64,000 nt of DNA from Acidimicrobiales bacterium (GTDB taxonomy: Bacteria > Actinomycetota > Acidimicrobiia > Acidimicrobiales > CADCTF01), in assembly GCA_035540495.1 (NCBI GenBank), contig DATLGL010000064.1:4265-68264 (forward strand), in the 5' to 3' direction. Every line of letters starts with the position of its first letter. Position 1 is the first letter of the stretch. The position numbers and the translations under genes were made by a program. The notes under the pieces were generated by a model, which was not told the origin of the DNA, did no database searches, and was given only the letters and a program-made list of their open reading frames with translations. Of this stretch, positions 23,752-32,744 are shown one piece after another.

Positions 23752-25689
23752 ATGCAGCAAGGCGGTGTGCAGTACCAGGAAGGCGGCGTCCAGTACCTCG
23801 CCCAGGTCCTGCGGGGGCTGACCGTCGGCGCCGACCCGGTGCGTCTCCTCCACGACGCGCTCGGCGGGGCCATCTCCGCGTCGCGCGGGCGCCACGGCAT
23901 GATCGTCGGCCTCGTCGACGGCGCGATCACGACCGTCGCCCAGACCGGCACGACTCCGAAGGTGGTGCGCGAGGCAGCCGAGCAGTGCATCGCGGAAGGG
24001 CGCATGTCGCGCCGTCGCGACGCCGCGGCGGGTGCCGGCGCCATCGCCGAGCCGGTGCGCATGGGTCACCGCATCGTCGGCGCCATCGCCATCGGCGGCG
24101 ACGCCCTCACCCTCGACAGCGCTCCCCTTCCCCTCTTCGCCGATGCCGCCGGTCTCGCCCTCGCGCGCAGGCCCCAGCTCGGTCGTGCGTCGGTGCCCGA
24201 CTTCTCCGACGCCATCCTCCAGATCTCCGTCGACCTCGATCAGTCGGCGGTGCTGTCGAAGGTCTTCGACGCCGCCGAGATGCTCTTCGGTGCGCTTGGC
24301 GGCTTCTGCGTCGTCCCCGACGGGGACGGGTGGCGGGTCGCCCATTACCGCGGGATCACCGCGGCAGACCTCCGCAACGCGGCCCGCCACCCCGACTTCC
24401 GCCCGTTCGTCGCGGCGGAGCGGCTCCGCGTCGAGCCGCCGACCCATCCCGTCGTCGCTGGTCTGGTGAGCGGCGCCGAGACCGCGGTGTCGATGCCGCT
24501 CAGCGCGGCTGGACGACGTCAGGGCTTCCTCGTCCTCCTCCTCGGTGACACGCCGGACGACGTCGGCCGTGGGCTGCTCCAGGCGTTCGGCAACCAGGTC
24601 GCTTCCGTGCTGCGCTCGAGCGACATGGCGCAGCGCCTCCGCGACCACGAGCAGCGCCTGGCGTCGATCGTCCACACGACACCGACGCCGGTCATCGTCG
24701 TCGACGAGCACAAGCGGTTCGTGCTGGTGAACGGTGCGGCCGCCGAGCTCTTCCACCTTCCCGAGGCGTTCGCCGTGGGCCAGCCGGCAGCGGGACGCCT
24801 CGGCAACGAGACCCTCGAAGGCATGATCGAGGACGATCACGACAGCCAGGTCGAGCTGCTCCTCGGAACGCCGCCGGATCGGCTGTACCTCGCTCGCACC
24901 CACTCGATCCGAGCGATGGGCGGCCGCAACCTCGGCCAGGTGCTCGTCCTCCAGGACGTCACCAAGGAGCGGGAGACCGACAAGATCAAGAGCGACTTCG
25001 TGTCGGTCATCGGCCACGAGCTCCGCACGCCCCTCACCGTCGTGAAGGGCTACGTGAAGATGCTCAACAAGAAGGGCGGCGACATCGAGGACGCTGCTCG
25101 AACCACGGCGCTCGCCGCGATCAGCAACAACACCGAGCGCCTCGAGCGACTCATCCAAGACCTCCTCTTCGTGTCGTCCATCGAGTCGCGGACGCCGACC
25201 CTCGACCTCGAGCCGGTCGACGTGGGGCGCGTCCTCGACGAGTTCGCGGAAGGTCGCGTCAAGGTGGAACGACCCCGGGTGCAGGTGCCCGTCCAGCTCG
25301 ACCGGGCGAAGTTCGACCAGGTCGTCAACCACCTCATCGACAACGCCCTCAAGTACACGGAGAACGACGTCATCCTCTCCGTGGTCGACAAGGGCGAGGA
25401 GGTCGAGATCCGGGTCGACGACAGCGGGCCCGGCATCTACTCCGGCGACCTGCCGCTGCTCTTCGAGCGGTTCCGCCAGCTCGACGGCTCATCGACCCGT
25501 GCCCAGGGCGGCACCGGGCTCGGGCTCTACATCTGCCGGCGCCTCGTGGAGCTCCTCGGCGGGCGGATCTGGTGCGAGAGCCGTCTCGGTGTCGGGTCGC
25601 GCTTCGCCTTCACGCTGCCGAAGGAAGGCCCCATCGCCGCCTCCGTCCGCGAAGCGTCGACGGCCACCGCCTTCCCCGCCTCCGCGTAA
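23752..25689 (+). CDS. soluble GAF/PAS sensor histidine kinase (no adjacent response regulator)
   Basis: H-box FVSVIGHELRTPLT, N-box IDNALKYT, G-boxes DDSGPGI and GGTGLGLYICR. The N-terminal ~380 aa are GAF/PAS-like. No TM segment was seen. The exact start is uncertain. Confidence 0.85.
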   Translation: MQQGGVQYQEGGVQYLAQVLRGLTVGADPVRLLHDALGGAISASRGRHGMIVGLVDGAITTVAQTGTTPKVVREAAEQCIAEGRMSRRRDAAAGAGAIAEPVRMGHRIVGAIAIGGDALTLDSAPLPLFADAAGLALARRPQLGRASVPDFSDAILQISVDLDQSAVLSKVFDAAEMLFGALGGFCVVPDGDGWRVAHYRGITAADLRNAARHPDFRPFVAAERLRVEPPTHPVVAGLVSGAETAVSMPLSAAGRRQGFLVLLLGDTPDDVGRGLLQAFGNQVASVLRSSDMAQRLRDHEQRLASIVHTTPTPVIVVDEHKRFVLVNGAAAELFHLPEAFAVGQPAAGRLGNETLEGMIEDDHDSQVELLLGTPPDRLYLARTHSIRAMGGRNLGQVLVLQDVTKERETDKIKSDFVSVIGHELRTPLTVVKGYVKMLNKKGGDIEDAARTTALAAISNNTERLERLIQDLLFVSSIESRTPTLDLEPVDVGRVLDEFAEGRVKVERPRVQVPVQLDRAKFDQVVNHLIDNALKYTENDVILSVVDKGEEVEIRVDDSGPGIYSGDLPLLFERFRQLDGSSTRAQGGTGLGLYICRRLVELLGGRIWCESRLGVGSRFAFTLPKEGPIAASVREASTATAFPASA

Positions 25690-25854
25690 CGACTGTCTCG
25701 CTCGCAGGCTCCGCTCGACTGTTGCGGCTGCTCCGCCGGAAAAGTTCGCGACGGAGCTCGGTCGCCTTGACCCACGGTCGGCGCTCGATGGGACGGCGAG
25801 CTCCGTCGCGAACTTCTTCGGCGGACGCTGGCGCTTCCGACGCCGCGCTGACGC
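25683..25854 (+). repeat. copy B of the repeated 3'-end element (long form, with nested 92-bp hairpin insertion at 25734-25825)
   Basis: It begins at the GCG-TAA end of the kinase gene. The flanks match copy A (1827-1906, opposite strand) with a few mismatches. The internal 28-nt arms 25733-25760 / 25797-25824 are complementary at 26/28. Confidence 0.7.
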
Positions 25855-25880
25855 GACGGGCAAGCACGTAGGGTTCGTTC

Positions 25881-26591
25881 ATCGAGCCGATCCGGAAGCC
25901 GCCCATCGGGTTCGCCCATCGAGGTGCCCGCGCCCACGCGCCCGAGAACACCATCGAGGCGTTCGAGCTCGCGCTCAAGCTGGGCGCGACCGGTCTCGAG
26001 AGCGACGTCTGGATCACCTCCGACGGCGAAGCCGTGCTCGACCACGACGGCGTGGTCCGCATGGGGGTCCGCAAGCGGTCGATCGCGGATGTCGAGCGGC
26101 GTGCGCTCCCGTCCCACATCCCGACCCTCGCCGAGCTGTACGACACCTGCGGGCACGGCTACGAGCTGTCGCTCGATGTGAAGGACGCCGCGGCCGCACA
26201 GCGGGTGGTCGACGTCGCTCGTGAGGCCGGCGGGTCAGAAGCGCTCGGCCGGCTGTGGCTGTGTCATCCCGACTGGCACCAGGTCGCGCAGTGGCGGGCT
26301 CTCGGTGACGACGTCCGCCTCGTCGACTCGACCCGGTTGCGCAAGATCAAGGAAGGCACCGAGGTGCGCGCGGCGGCGCTCGCCGACGCCGGGATCGACG
26401 CCATCAACATGCACCACACGGACTGGACGATGGGACTCGCGACCCTCTTCCACCGGTTCGAGCTCCACTGCTTCGGCTGGGACGCCCAGCTCGACCGCAT
26501 CCTCGCCGAGCTCCTCGGTTTCGGCCTCGACGCGGTCTACAGCGACCACGTCGACCGCATGATGGAAGCGGTCAAACACGCCTCGCGCTGA
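25881..26591 (+). CDS. glycerophosphodiester phosphodiesterase (GDPD) family protein; start codon unresolved
   Basis: Track ORF 26034-26591 extended in frame. Upstream codons read IGFAHRGARAHAPENTIEAFELALKLGATGLESDVW (the GDPD catalytic HRG...PENT...E.D). An in-frame TAG at 25869-25871 is followed by no ATG/GTG/TTG before the motif. ATC 25881 was chosen arbitrarily. Confidence 0.65.
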   Translation: MEPIRKPPIGFAHRGARAHAPENTIEAFELALKLGATGLESDVWITSDGEAVLDHDGVVRMGVRKRSIADVERRALPSHIPTLAELYDTCGHGYELSLDVKDAAAAQRVVDVAREAGGSEALGRLWLCHPDWHQVAQWRALGDDVRLVDSTRLRKIKEGTEVRAAALADAGIDAINMHHTDWTMGLATLFHRFELHCFGWDAQLDRILAELLGFGLDAVYSDHVDRMMEAVKHASR

Positions 26592-26600
26592 GGCGAGTGG

Positions 26601-27197
26601 CTACAGCAGACCGATCTTGTTGAACGGCCAGACGAGGATGAACGCTCGCCCGACGACGCTGTCCTCGTCGATCGGCGTGGGACCCGCGTTGCAGAGGAAC
26701 CGGGAGTCCTTCGAGTTCTCCCGGTTGTCGCCCATCACCCAGATGTGGCCCTCGGGCACGTCGTAGGGCCCGAAGTCCGACGTCGTCTGTCCCTTCGGCA
26801 GGTACGGCTCGCTGAGACGCCGGCCGTCGACGTAGATGGTGCCTTCACGCCCCTCGACGCTCTCGCCGCCGACCGCGATCACCCGCTTGATGAGGTCCTT
26901 GATCTCGGGGTCGCTCTGATCGCACTCCGGCCGCTCGAAGACGACGATGTCGCCGCGGTTCACCTCGTGCAGGCGGTAGCTCATCTTGTTGACGAGGACG
27001 CGGTCGCGGATGGCGAGCGTCGGGTCCATCGACGCCGACGGGATGTAGAAGGCCTGGATCAGGAACGTCTTCACGAGGAACGCGACGAGGAGCGCGGCGC
27101 CGATGATGACGATCCACTCGACCGTCGACCTGGTCGCTCGCCGCCCGAGGCTGGCCCGCTTGGTGGTCGGCGGGGCGGCGTCGTCGAGGTCGGTCAC
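26601..27197 (-). CDS. lepB: signal peptidase I
   Basis: IPSASMDPTL (catalytic Ser box), GDIVVF, GDNRENSKDSR. Confidence 0.9.
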   Translation of the reverse strand: MTDLDDAAPPTTKRASLGRRATRSTVEWIVIIGAALLVAFLVKTFLIQAFYIPSASMDPTLAIRDRVLVNKMSYRLHEVNRGDIVVFERPECDQSDPEIKDLIKRVIAVGGESVEGREGTIYVDGRRLSEPYLPKGQTTSDFGPYDVPEGHIWVMGDNRENSKDSRFLCNAGPTPIDEDSVVGRAFILVWPFNKIGLL

Positions 27198-28186
27198 GAG
27201 GAGCCGACCCTACCGTCGCCGAGGTGGCTGACTGCAGCCACCCCCGCGGCGCCGGCCCACTGGAAGAAGGCGGGGTCGGCGTCCGGTCCGCGGCCCATCG
27301 TCGTCACACGAAGACCATGCCCAGCGAGGAGCTCACCGATGTCGGGGACATCGAGCTCCTCCGGATCCGGCACCACGAGCTGACGTGCCGCCAGCTCCAC
27401 GGCGGTCATGGTGTGGTGGCTCGGTCCGTTGTGCCGATCTCGAGCATCCGCCTCGCTGAACCGGACCGCGACGATCGGCGTTCCTCGAAGAGCGGCGGCC
27501 GCGTCGACGATCGACACGACGTCGAGGCCGGTGTGGCCGTACTTGGTGCCGGTCCCGACCACACCGGGGCCGATGCCGGCGACGATCGCATCGGCGGCTG
27601 CGAGCTCCTTCGCCACGAGCAGACCCGAGTGGATGTTCACCGCCTCCCGGGCTCCCCCGAACGCGTGACCGGTGGTGACGGTGGAAGCGATCAGCCCTCG
27701 TTCCGTCAGCGCGTGCATGAGGTCGGACAGCGCCAGCGGAAGTGCGGCGCCGTCGGTCATCACGTAGACGAGCCGCTTGCGCCCGCCGGACGCGTGGTTG
27801 AACGCGACGGCGACCGCGGGGATCTGGCTGTGCAGCGCGCAGGCGACCACGGGCGTGCCGTCGAGGCTCGTGATCGACGTCGACTCGAGCTCCTCGGCGG
27901 AGCCGGTGTCGACCTGGAGGCTCGTGTAGCGCAGCTTCATGATGTGGCCAGGACCCGGTGCGGTCCACGCGACCCGAGTCAGGTTCCAGTGGACGACGTG
28001 CCATCCCCCGGTGCCGAGGTCGCGGTCGACGGCGGTGGTGTTGACGACGACGTGATCGCCGACGCTGACGTCGCCGATCAGCTGGGTGAGGACGTAGGCG
28101 CGGCTGCCGTCGTCGAGACGGACCCGCTGCAGGCCGTGCCGCTCCTGGAGGATCTCGTCGACGCGCTGCGTCCGGAACGACGGCAC
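27194..28186 (-). CDS. DUF3866-like protein
   Basis: 330 aa. GHIMKLRYTSLQ and surrounding regions match my recollection of the actinobacterial DUF3866 family. 4-nt overlap with lepB, and it lies 7 nt after pafA. Confidence 0.65.
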   Translation of the reverse strand: MPSFRTQRVDEILQERHGLQRVRLDDGSRAYVLTQLIGDVSVGDHVVVNTTAVDRDLGTGGWHVVHWNLTRVAWTAPGPGHIMKLRYTSLQVDTGSAEELESTSITSLDGTPVVACALHSQIPAVAVAFNHASGGRKRLVYVMTDGAALPLALSDLMHALTERGLIASTVTTGHAFGGAREAVNIHSGLLVAKELAAADAIVAGIGPGVVGTGTKYGHTGLDVVSIVDAAAALRGTPIVAVRFSEADARDRHNGPSHHTMTAVELAARQLVVPDPEELDVPDIGELLAGHGLRVTTMGRGPDADPAFFQWAGAAGVAAVSHLGDGRVGSS

Positions 28187-28193
28187 GCGTGAT

Positions 28194-29552
28194 CTACAGC
28201 GACGCGATGAGCTTCTCGACCCGCTCGTCTCGCGCTTTGAACGGGTCCTTGCACAGCACGGTGCGCTGCGCGTTGTCGTTGAGCTTCAGGTGCACCCAGT
28301 CGACGGTGTAGTCGCGCCGGCGCTCCGTCGCCCGCTTGATGAACTCGCCGCGGAGGCGGGCGCGGGTCGTCTGCGGCGGCTCGTGCACCGCGAGGTCGAT
28401 CTCCTCGTCGTTGCACATCCGCTCGACGAGGCCCTTGTCCTGCATCTTGTAGTAGAGGCCGCGGCTGCGGTTGACGTCGTGGTACTGCAGGTCGACCAGC
28501 GCCACCTTGGGGTGGGTCAGCGGGATGTTCCACTTGTCGCGGTACGCCTCGATGAGCTTGTGCTTGATGACCCAGTCGCACTCCTTGTCGAGGGAGTACG
28601 GGTCCTTCTCCAGGCCGGTGAGGCAGTGCTCCCACATGCCGAGCGCCTGCTCCTCGAGCGGGCTCAGGCCCTTCGTCTCGTTGTAGCGGATCGCCCGCTG
28701 GAGGTACTCGCTCTGGATGTCGAGCGCGCTCACCTCCCGCCCGTTCGCGAGGCGCACCTTTCGCTTGCACGTCGGGTCGTGACTGATCTCCCGGATGGCG
28801 CGGATCGGGTTCTCCAGGGTCATGTCGCGCAGCACCACGGACGGGTCTTCGAGCATGCGCAGCAGGATCGACGTCGCGCCCACCTTCAAGAAGGTGGCGT
28901 ACTCGCTCATGTTCGAGTCGCCGACGATCACGTGGAGCCGGCGGTACCGCTCGGCGTCGGCGTGCGGCTCGTCGCGGGTGTTGATGATCGGGCGGCTGCG
29001 GGTGGTCGCGCTGCTCACGCCCTCCCAGATGTGCTCGGCCCGCTGGCTGATGCAGTACATCGCGCCACGGGCCGTCTGCAGGACCTTGCCTGCGCCGGCG
29101 TAGATCTGGCGGCTGACGAAGAACGGGATGAGCACCTCGGCGTAGTGGCCGAAGTCGTCGCGCCGGCTGGTGAGGTAGTTCTCGTGGCAGCCGTAGGAGT
29201 TGCCGGCGGAGTCGGTGTTGTTCTTGAACAGGTAGATGACGCCGCGGATGCCCTCTTCCCGCAGTCGTTGCTCTGCCGCGATCAACAGGTCTTCGAGCCG
29301 CCGCTCCCCGGCCTTGTCGTGCACGACGAGGTCGTGGATCGAGTCGCATTCCGGCGTCGCGTACTCGGGGTGGCTGCCGACGTCGAGGTACAGGCGGGCG
29401 CCGTTCTCGAGGAAGACGTTGCTGCTGCGACCCCAGCTCACGACCCGGCGGAAGAGGTAGCGCGCGACCTCGTCCGGGCTGAGGCGGCGCTGGCCGCGAA
29501 GCGTGCACGTCACGCCGTACTCGTTCTCGAGCCCGAAGATGCGCCGATCCAT
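28194..29552 (-). CDS. pafA: Pup--protein ligase PafA
   Basis: Start at [16 protein letters not shown] (PafA-type N-terminus). [52 protein letters not shown]. No Dop-specific insertion. Confidence 0.9.
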   Translation of the reverse strand: MDRRIFGLENEYGVTCTLRGQRRLSPDEVARYLFRRVVSWGRSSNVFLENGARLYLDVGSHPEYATPECDSIHDLVVHDKAGERRLEDLLIAAEQRLREEGIRGVIYLFKNNTDSAGNSYGCHENYLTSRRDDFGHYAEVLIPFFVSRQIYAGAGKVLQTARGAMYCISQRAEHIWEGVSSATTRSRPIINTRDEPHADAERYRRLHVIVGDSNMSEYATFLKVGATSILLRMLEDPSVVLRDMTLENPIRAIREISHDPTCKRKVRLANGREVSALDIQSEYLQRAIRYNETKGLSPLEEQALGMWEHCLTGLEKDPYSLDKECDWVIKHKLIEAYRDKWNIPLTHPKVALVDLQYHDVNRSRGLYYKMQDKGLVERMCNDEEIDLAVHEPPQTTRARLRGEFIKRATERRRDYTVDWVHLKLNDNAQRTVLCKDPFKARDERVEKLIASL

Positions 29553-29591
29553 CGACCCGACGGTAGCGTTGATTCGGTGGGTTCCCTTCGC

Positions 29592-29912
29592 ATGATCCCG
29601 TTGATCACGGTGGCGAACGGGTTCCAGGCGCGAGTGATCGCGGCGCGCCTCGGCGCGGCCGGCGTCGTCGCGCAGCTCCACGGAGCCGTCGGCGGGCCCT
29701 ATCCGATCGGCGACGTGCGCATCGAGGTGCCCGCCGACGAGTTCGAGTTCGCGCGCGAGCTGCTCCTCGTGGACGAGGTCGAGGCCGCCTTCGACCCGTC
29801 GGGGGATGCCGCACCGGCGCGCTCCCGCTCGAAGCGCGCCGTCGTGCCGTGGGTGATCATCGGCTCGGCGCTGGTGACCGAAGCGGTCGCCCTCGCGGCT
29901 CGATTCGGCTGA
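29592..29912 (+). CDS. small DUF2007-like protein with C-terminal TM segment
   Basis: [29 protein letters not shown]... has strong G/C3. It is the only plus-strand gene inside the minus-strand Pup-proteasome block. Its TGA abuts the prcA stop. Confidence 0.55.
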   Translation: MIPLITVANGFQARVIAARLGAAGVVAQLHGAVGGPYPIGDVRIEVPADEFEFARELLLVDEVEAAFDPSGDAAPARSRSKRAVVPWVIIGSALVTEAVALAARFG

Positions 29913-30593
29913 TCAGCCGAGCAGGGTCTCCATCTCGCTGCGCTCGAGGCGGCGGAACGTCCGGCGTCGGCCGTTGCGCTCGAGGATCGCGCCCTCCAGG
30001 TCGGCGGGCGCCATGGTGCGCTCCGGCCCGCCGAGCGCCTTCGCCGCGATCTTGAACGCGTCGGCCAGGCTGAGCCCGTCGGCAAACGAGTCCTTGAGGC
30101 GGGTGCTGATCGCATCGGCGTCGGTCGGCAGTACGCAGTAGCGGTCTTCGTCGACGACCAGTCCGTCGAAGGTGACGTGGTAGATCTCGTCGTCCTCGGC
30201 TGCGTAGCCCACCTCGGCGATGAGGATCTCGACCTCCATCGGCTTCATGTCGTGCGTGAAGGTCTGGCCGAGGATCTGGGCGTAGAGGTTGGCAAGCGAC
30301 TTCGCGTGGACGTCTTCGCGGCTGTAGCGGTAGCCCTCGACGTCGGCCCACCGGACGCCGCCCTGGCGAAGCTGGTCGTACTCGTTGAACTTGCCGACCC
30401 CGCCGAAGGCGATGCGGTCGTAGATCTCGTTGATCTTGCGGAGCGTGTTCGACGGGTTGTCGGCCGCGATGAGGATGCCGTCGGCGTACTGCATCGCGAG
30501 CAACGCGCGGCCCTTGGCGATGTTGTTCCGGGCGAACTTCGCCTTGTCGGCGATGATCTGCTCCGGCGAGACGTAGAAGGGCATGCTCATGCT
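29913..30593 (-). CDS. prcA: proteasome alpha subunit
   Basis: Start at MSMPFYVSPEQIIADKAKFARNNIAKGR (canonical PrcA N-terminus). The upstream part of the track ORF was discarded. Confidence 0.9.
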   Translation of the reverse strand, partial: SMSMPFYVSPEQIIADKAKFARNNIAKGRALLAMQYADGILIAADNPSNTLRKINEIYDRIAFGGVGKFNEYDQLRQGGVRWADVEGYRYSREDVHAKSLANLYAQILGQTFTHDMKPMEVEILIAEVGYAAEDDEIYHVTFDGLVVDEDRYCVLPTDADAISTRLKDSFADGLSLADAFKIAAKALGGPERTMAPADLEGAILERNGRRRTFRRLERSEMETLLG

Positions 30594-30648
30594 GTCCGCT
30601 CCTGGCCTTCGGCCGGGCCGCTCGGGCCACGCTCGCGCAAGCGCTCGC

Positions 30649-31461
30649 TCATCGGTTGAGGCCCCTCTCGGTCTTGTGCGCGATGAGTGCGGCGAAGCGC
30701 TCCCCCACCTCCGACTCGGGCACGTCCTCGTAGCCAGCTGCGGTGATCGTGGCAACCGTCGGGTAGATGCCGCGCACGGCGTCAGGACCGCCCGTCGCGC
30801 TGTCTTCCTCGGCCGCTTCGTAGAGGCTCTGCACCGCGAGCTCGATCGCGGCGTCGCGATCCATTCCTTCCGTCCAGCCGAGCTTGATCGTCGTGCGGGC
30901 GTCTCGGCCGCCGCTGCCGGTCGCGTCGAAGTCCTTCTCCTCGTTGCGACCGCCGGTCGGGTCGTAGCTGAAGATGCGCCCGCGCCGCCGGCGGGTGTCG
31001 TACCCGGCGAAGAGCGGCACGACGATGAACCCCTGCATCGCCATCCCGAGGTTCGCCCGGACCATCGTCGCGAGCATGTTGGCCTTGCCCTCCAGGCTGA
31101 GGGCGTTGCCGGTGACCTTCTCGTAGTGCTCGAGCTCGAGCTGGAACTGCTTGATCAGCTCGAGGCCGAAGCCCGCCGCGCCCGAGATGGCGACGCCCGA
31201 CCAGCGGTCGGCGGCGTGGACCTTCTCGATGTCGCGCTGGGCGATGATGTTGCCGGCCGTTGCACGCCGGTCGCCAGCCATGATCACGCCATCGGCGTAG
31301 CGCAGGGCGACGATCGTGGTGCCGTGGGTGATGGTGAGCCCGGCGCTGATCGCGGCTGCGGCTCCGGCCGTCGGCGGCGTCGGCGACAGGTCGAGCTTGC
31401 GGAGCAGGGCATGGAAGCTCGGACCGGGGTCTTCGTTCGGCGGGAAGAGCGGTAACGACAT
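30649..31461 (-). CDS. prcB: proteasome beta subunit (with propeptide)
   Basis: Propeptide followed by ...LTITHG|TTIVALRYADGVIMAGDRRAT, giving the catalytic Thr after G-T cleavage. Confidence 0.9.
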   Translation of the reverse strand: MSLPLFPPNEDPGPSFHALLRKLDLSPTPPTAGAAAAISAGLTITHGTTIVALRYADGVIMAGDRRATAGNIIAQRDIEKVHAADRWSGVAISGAAGFGLELIKQFQLELEHYEKVTGNALSLEGKANMLATMVRANLGMAMQGFIVVPLFAGYDTRRRRGRIFSYDPTGGRNEEKDFDATGSGGRDARTTIKLGWTEGMDRDAAIELAVQSLYEAAEEDSATGGPDAVRGIYPTVATITAAGYEDVPESEVGERFAALIAHKTERGLNR

Positions 31462-31500
31462 GACCCGATCGACGCTAGCGGAGCGGGTGCTCTACACCTT

Positions 31501-31962
31501 CTATGCGCTCTTGCGGACCGGCCACACGTACTCGAGGTCGTCGGGCTCGTCGGGGAAGTGCGGGCGGTAGAAGTCGGGGTCCTTGCGCAGCAGCGCGCTG
31601 CGATGGCTGAGGTGGACGGGTTCGTCGCCCCACCACGGGGGCATCTTCTTCGCTCGCAGGAGCTCGCGCTCGCTGCGGATCCTCGTGATGCCGGCCTCGG
31701 CCAGGTCGGTGCGGATCGTCAGGTCGCAGGTGTCGGCGTGACCCCGTCGCACCCACTCCTCGATGACCGCCATGGCGTAGGCGCCGAGCGCCTCCTCGTA
31801 GCCCTTCCACATCAGCACGGCCGGGTGGTGCTTCCAGCCGTACTTCTCCCTCGTGAGGGCGCGGATGATCTGCAGCGCCTCGACGCGCTGCTTGCCCAGC
31901 CGCTTCGTGTCGAGGGCCTTCGCGCTCTCTTCGAACGACGGGTACGGGACGAACGTCTGCAT
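31501..31962 (-). CDS. MSMEG_6728-like / pyrimidine-dimer DNA glycosylase (Pyr_excise)-related protein (tentative)
   Basis: Start at MQTFVPYPSFEESAKALDTKRLGKQRVEALQIIRAL; this N-terminal signature is what I recall for that family. 153 aa. Confidence 0.55.
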   Translation of the reverse strand: MQTFVPYPSFEESAKALDTKRLGKQRVEALQIIRALTREKYGWKHHPAVLMWKGYEEALGAYAMAVIEEWVRRGHADTCDLTIRTDLAEAGITRIRSERELLRAKKMPPWWGDEPVHLSHRSALLRKDPDFYRPHFPDEPDDLEYVWPVRKSA

Positions 31963-31967
31963 GTTCC

Positions 31968-32714
31968 CTATGCCGCCCGCTGAACCGGCTGGCAGGTCGT
32001 GCAGGTGTAGGCGGTGCGGCCGGCGACCGTGCTGGTCGTCGTCGCCGTGCCGCACTCGGCGCAGTTCTGTTGTTTGTAGATCCGCTTGGGCGTGATCTCC
32101 CCCGCCTCCTCGCCGGCGTGCATCAGCTCTCGGAGCGTTCGCCACAGGTTGCTCAGCTGCTCCACGCTGAGGTCTTCGGAGCGCGCCGTCGGGTGGATGT
32201 GCTCGACGAGGAGGGCTTCGGCGCGGAACACGTTGCCGACACCGCTGATCACCTTCTGATCGAGGAGGGCTGCGCCGATGGTGCTGCCACTCCTGCGGAG
32301 GTTGTCGATCGCTCGCTGCTCGTCGGCGGTCGGGTCGAGCGGGTCAGGCCCGAGATGCCCGATGAGGTGGTCGTGCTCCTCGGTCGTCAGGAGGGCGCAG
32401 GTGATCGGGGCGATGAGGTCCCAGTTGGCGACGCCCGGTCGTTGGAGACGGAGGCGGACCTGCTTCTTCGGCTCGGTCGTCCCGTCTCCTCGCAGGAAGA
32501 TGCCCTGCATCCCGAGGTGGACGTGGATCACGTCGTCGCCGAAGTGGTGGAAGAGGTTCTTGCCTCGTGCGGTGACCGCCTCGAGTGGACGGCCGTCGAG
32601 TGCCGCTGCACCGTCGGCGAACTTGCCCTGCGGACTGCTCACCTCGATCGGCCCGACGCCGACGAGCTCCTGCTGCAATCGAGCGAGGCGGTGGTAGAGG
32701 TGTCCCTCCGGCAT
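31968..32714 (-). CDS. Fpg/Nei-family DNA glycosylase/AP lyase (endonuclease VIII-like)
   Basis: N-terminal MPEGH (catalytic Pro2/Glu3), H2TH segment GVGNVFRAEALL, and a C-terminal zinc finger CAECG...CTTC. Confidence 0.85.
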   Translation of the reverse strand: MPEGHLYHRLARLQQELVGVGPIEVSSPQGKFADGAAALDGRPLEAVTARGKNLFHHFGDDVIHVHLGMQGIFLRGDGTTEPKKQVRLRLQRPGVANWDLIAPITCALLTTEEHDHLIGHLGPDPLDPTADEQRAIDNLRRSGSTIGAALLDQKVISGVGNVFRAEALLVEHIHPTARSEDLSVEQLSNLWRTLRELMHAGEEAGEITPKRIYKQQNCAECGTATTTSTVAGRTAYTCTTCQPVQRAA

Positions 32715-32744
32715 CACCTTGCCGGTACCCGAGGTGCCGCGGAG

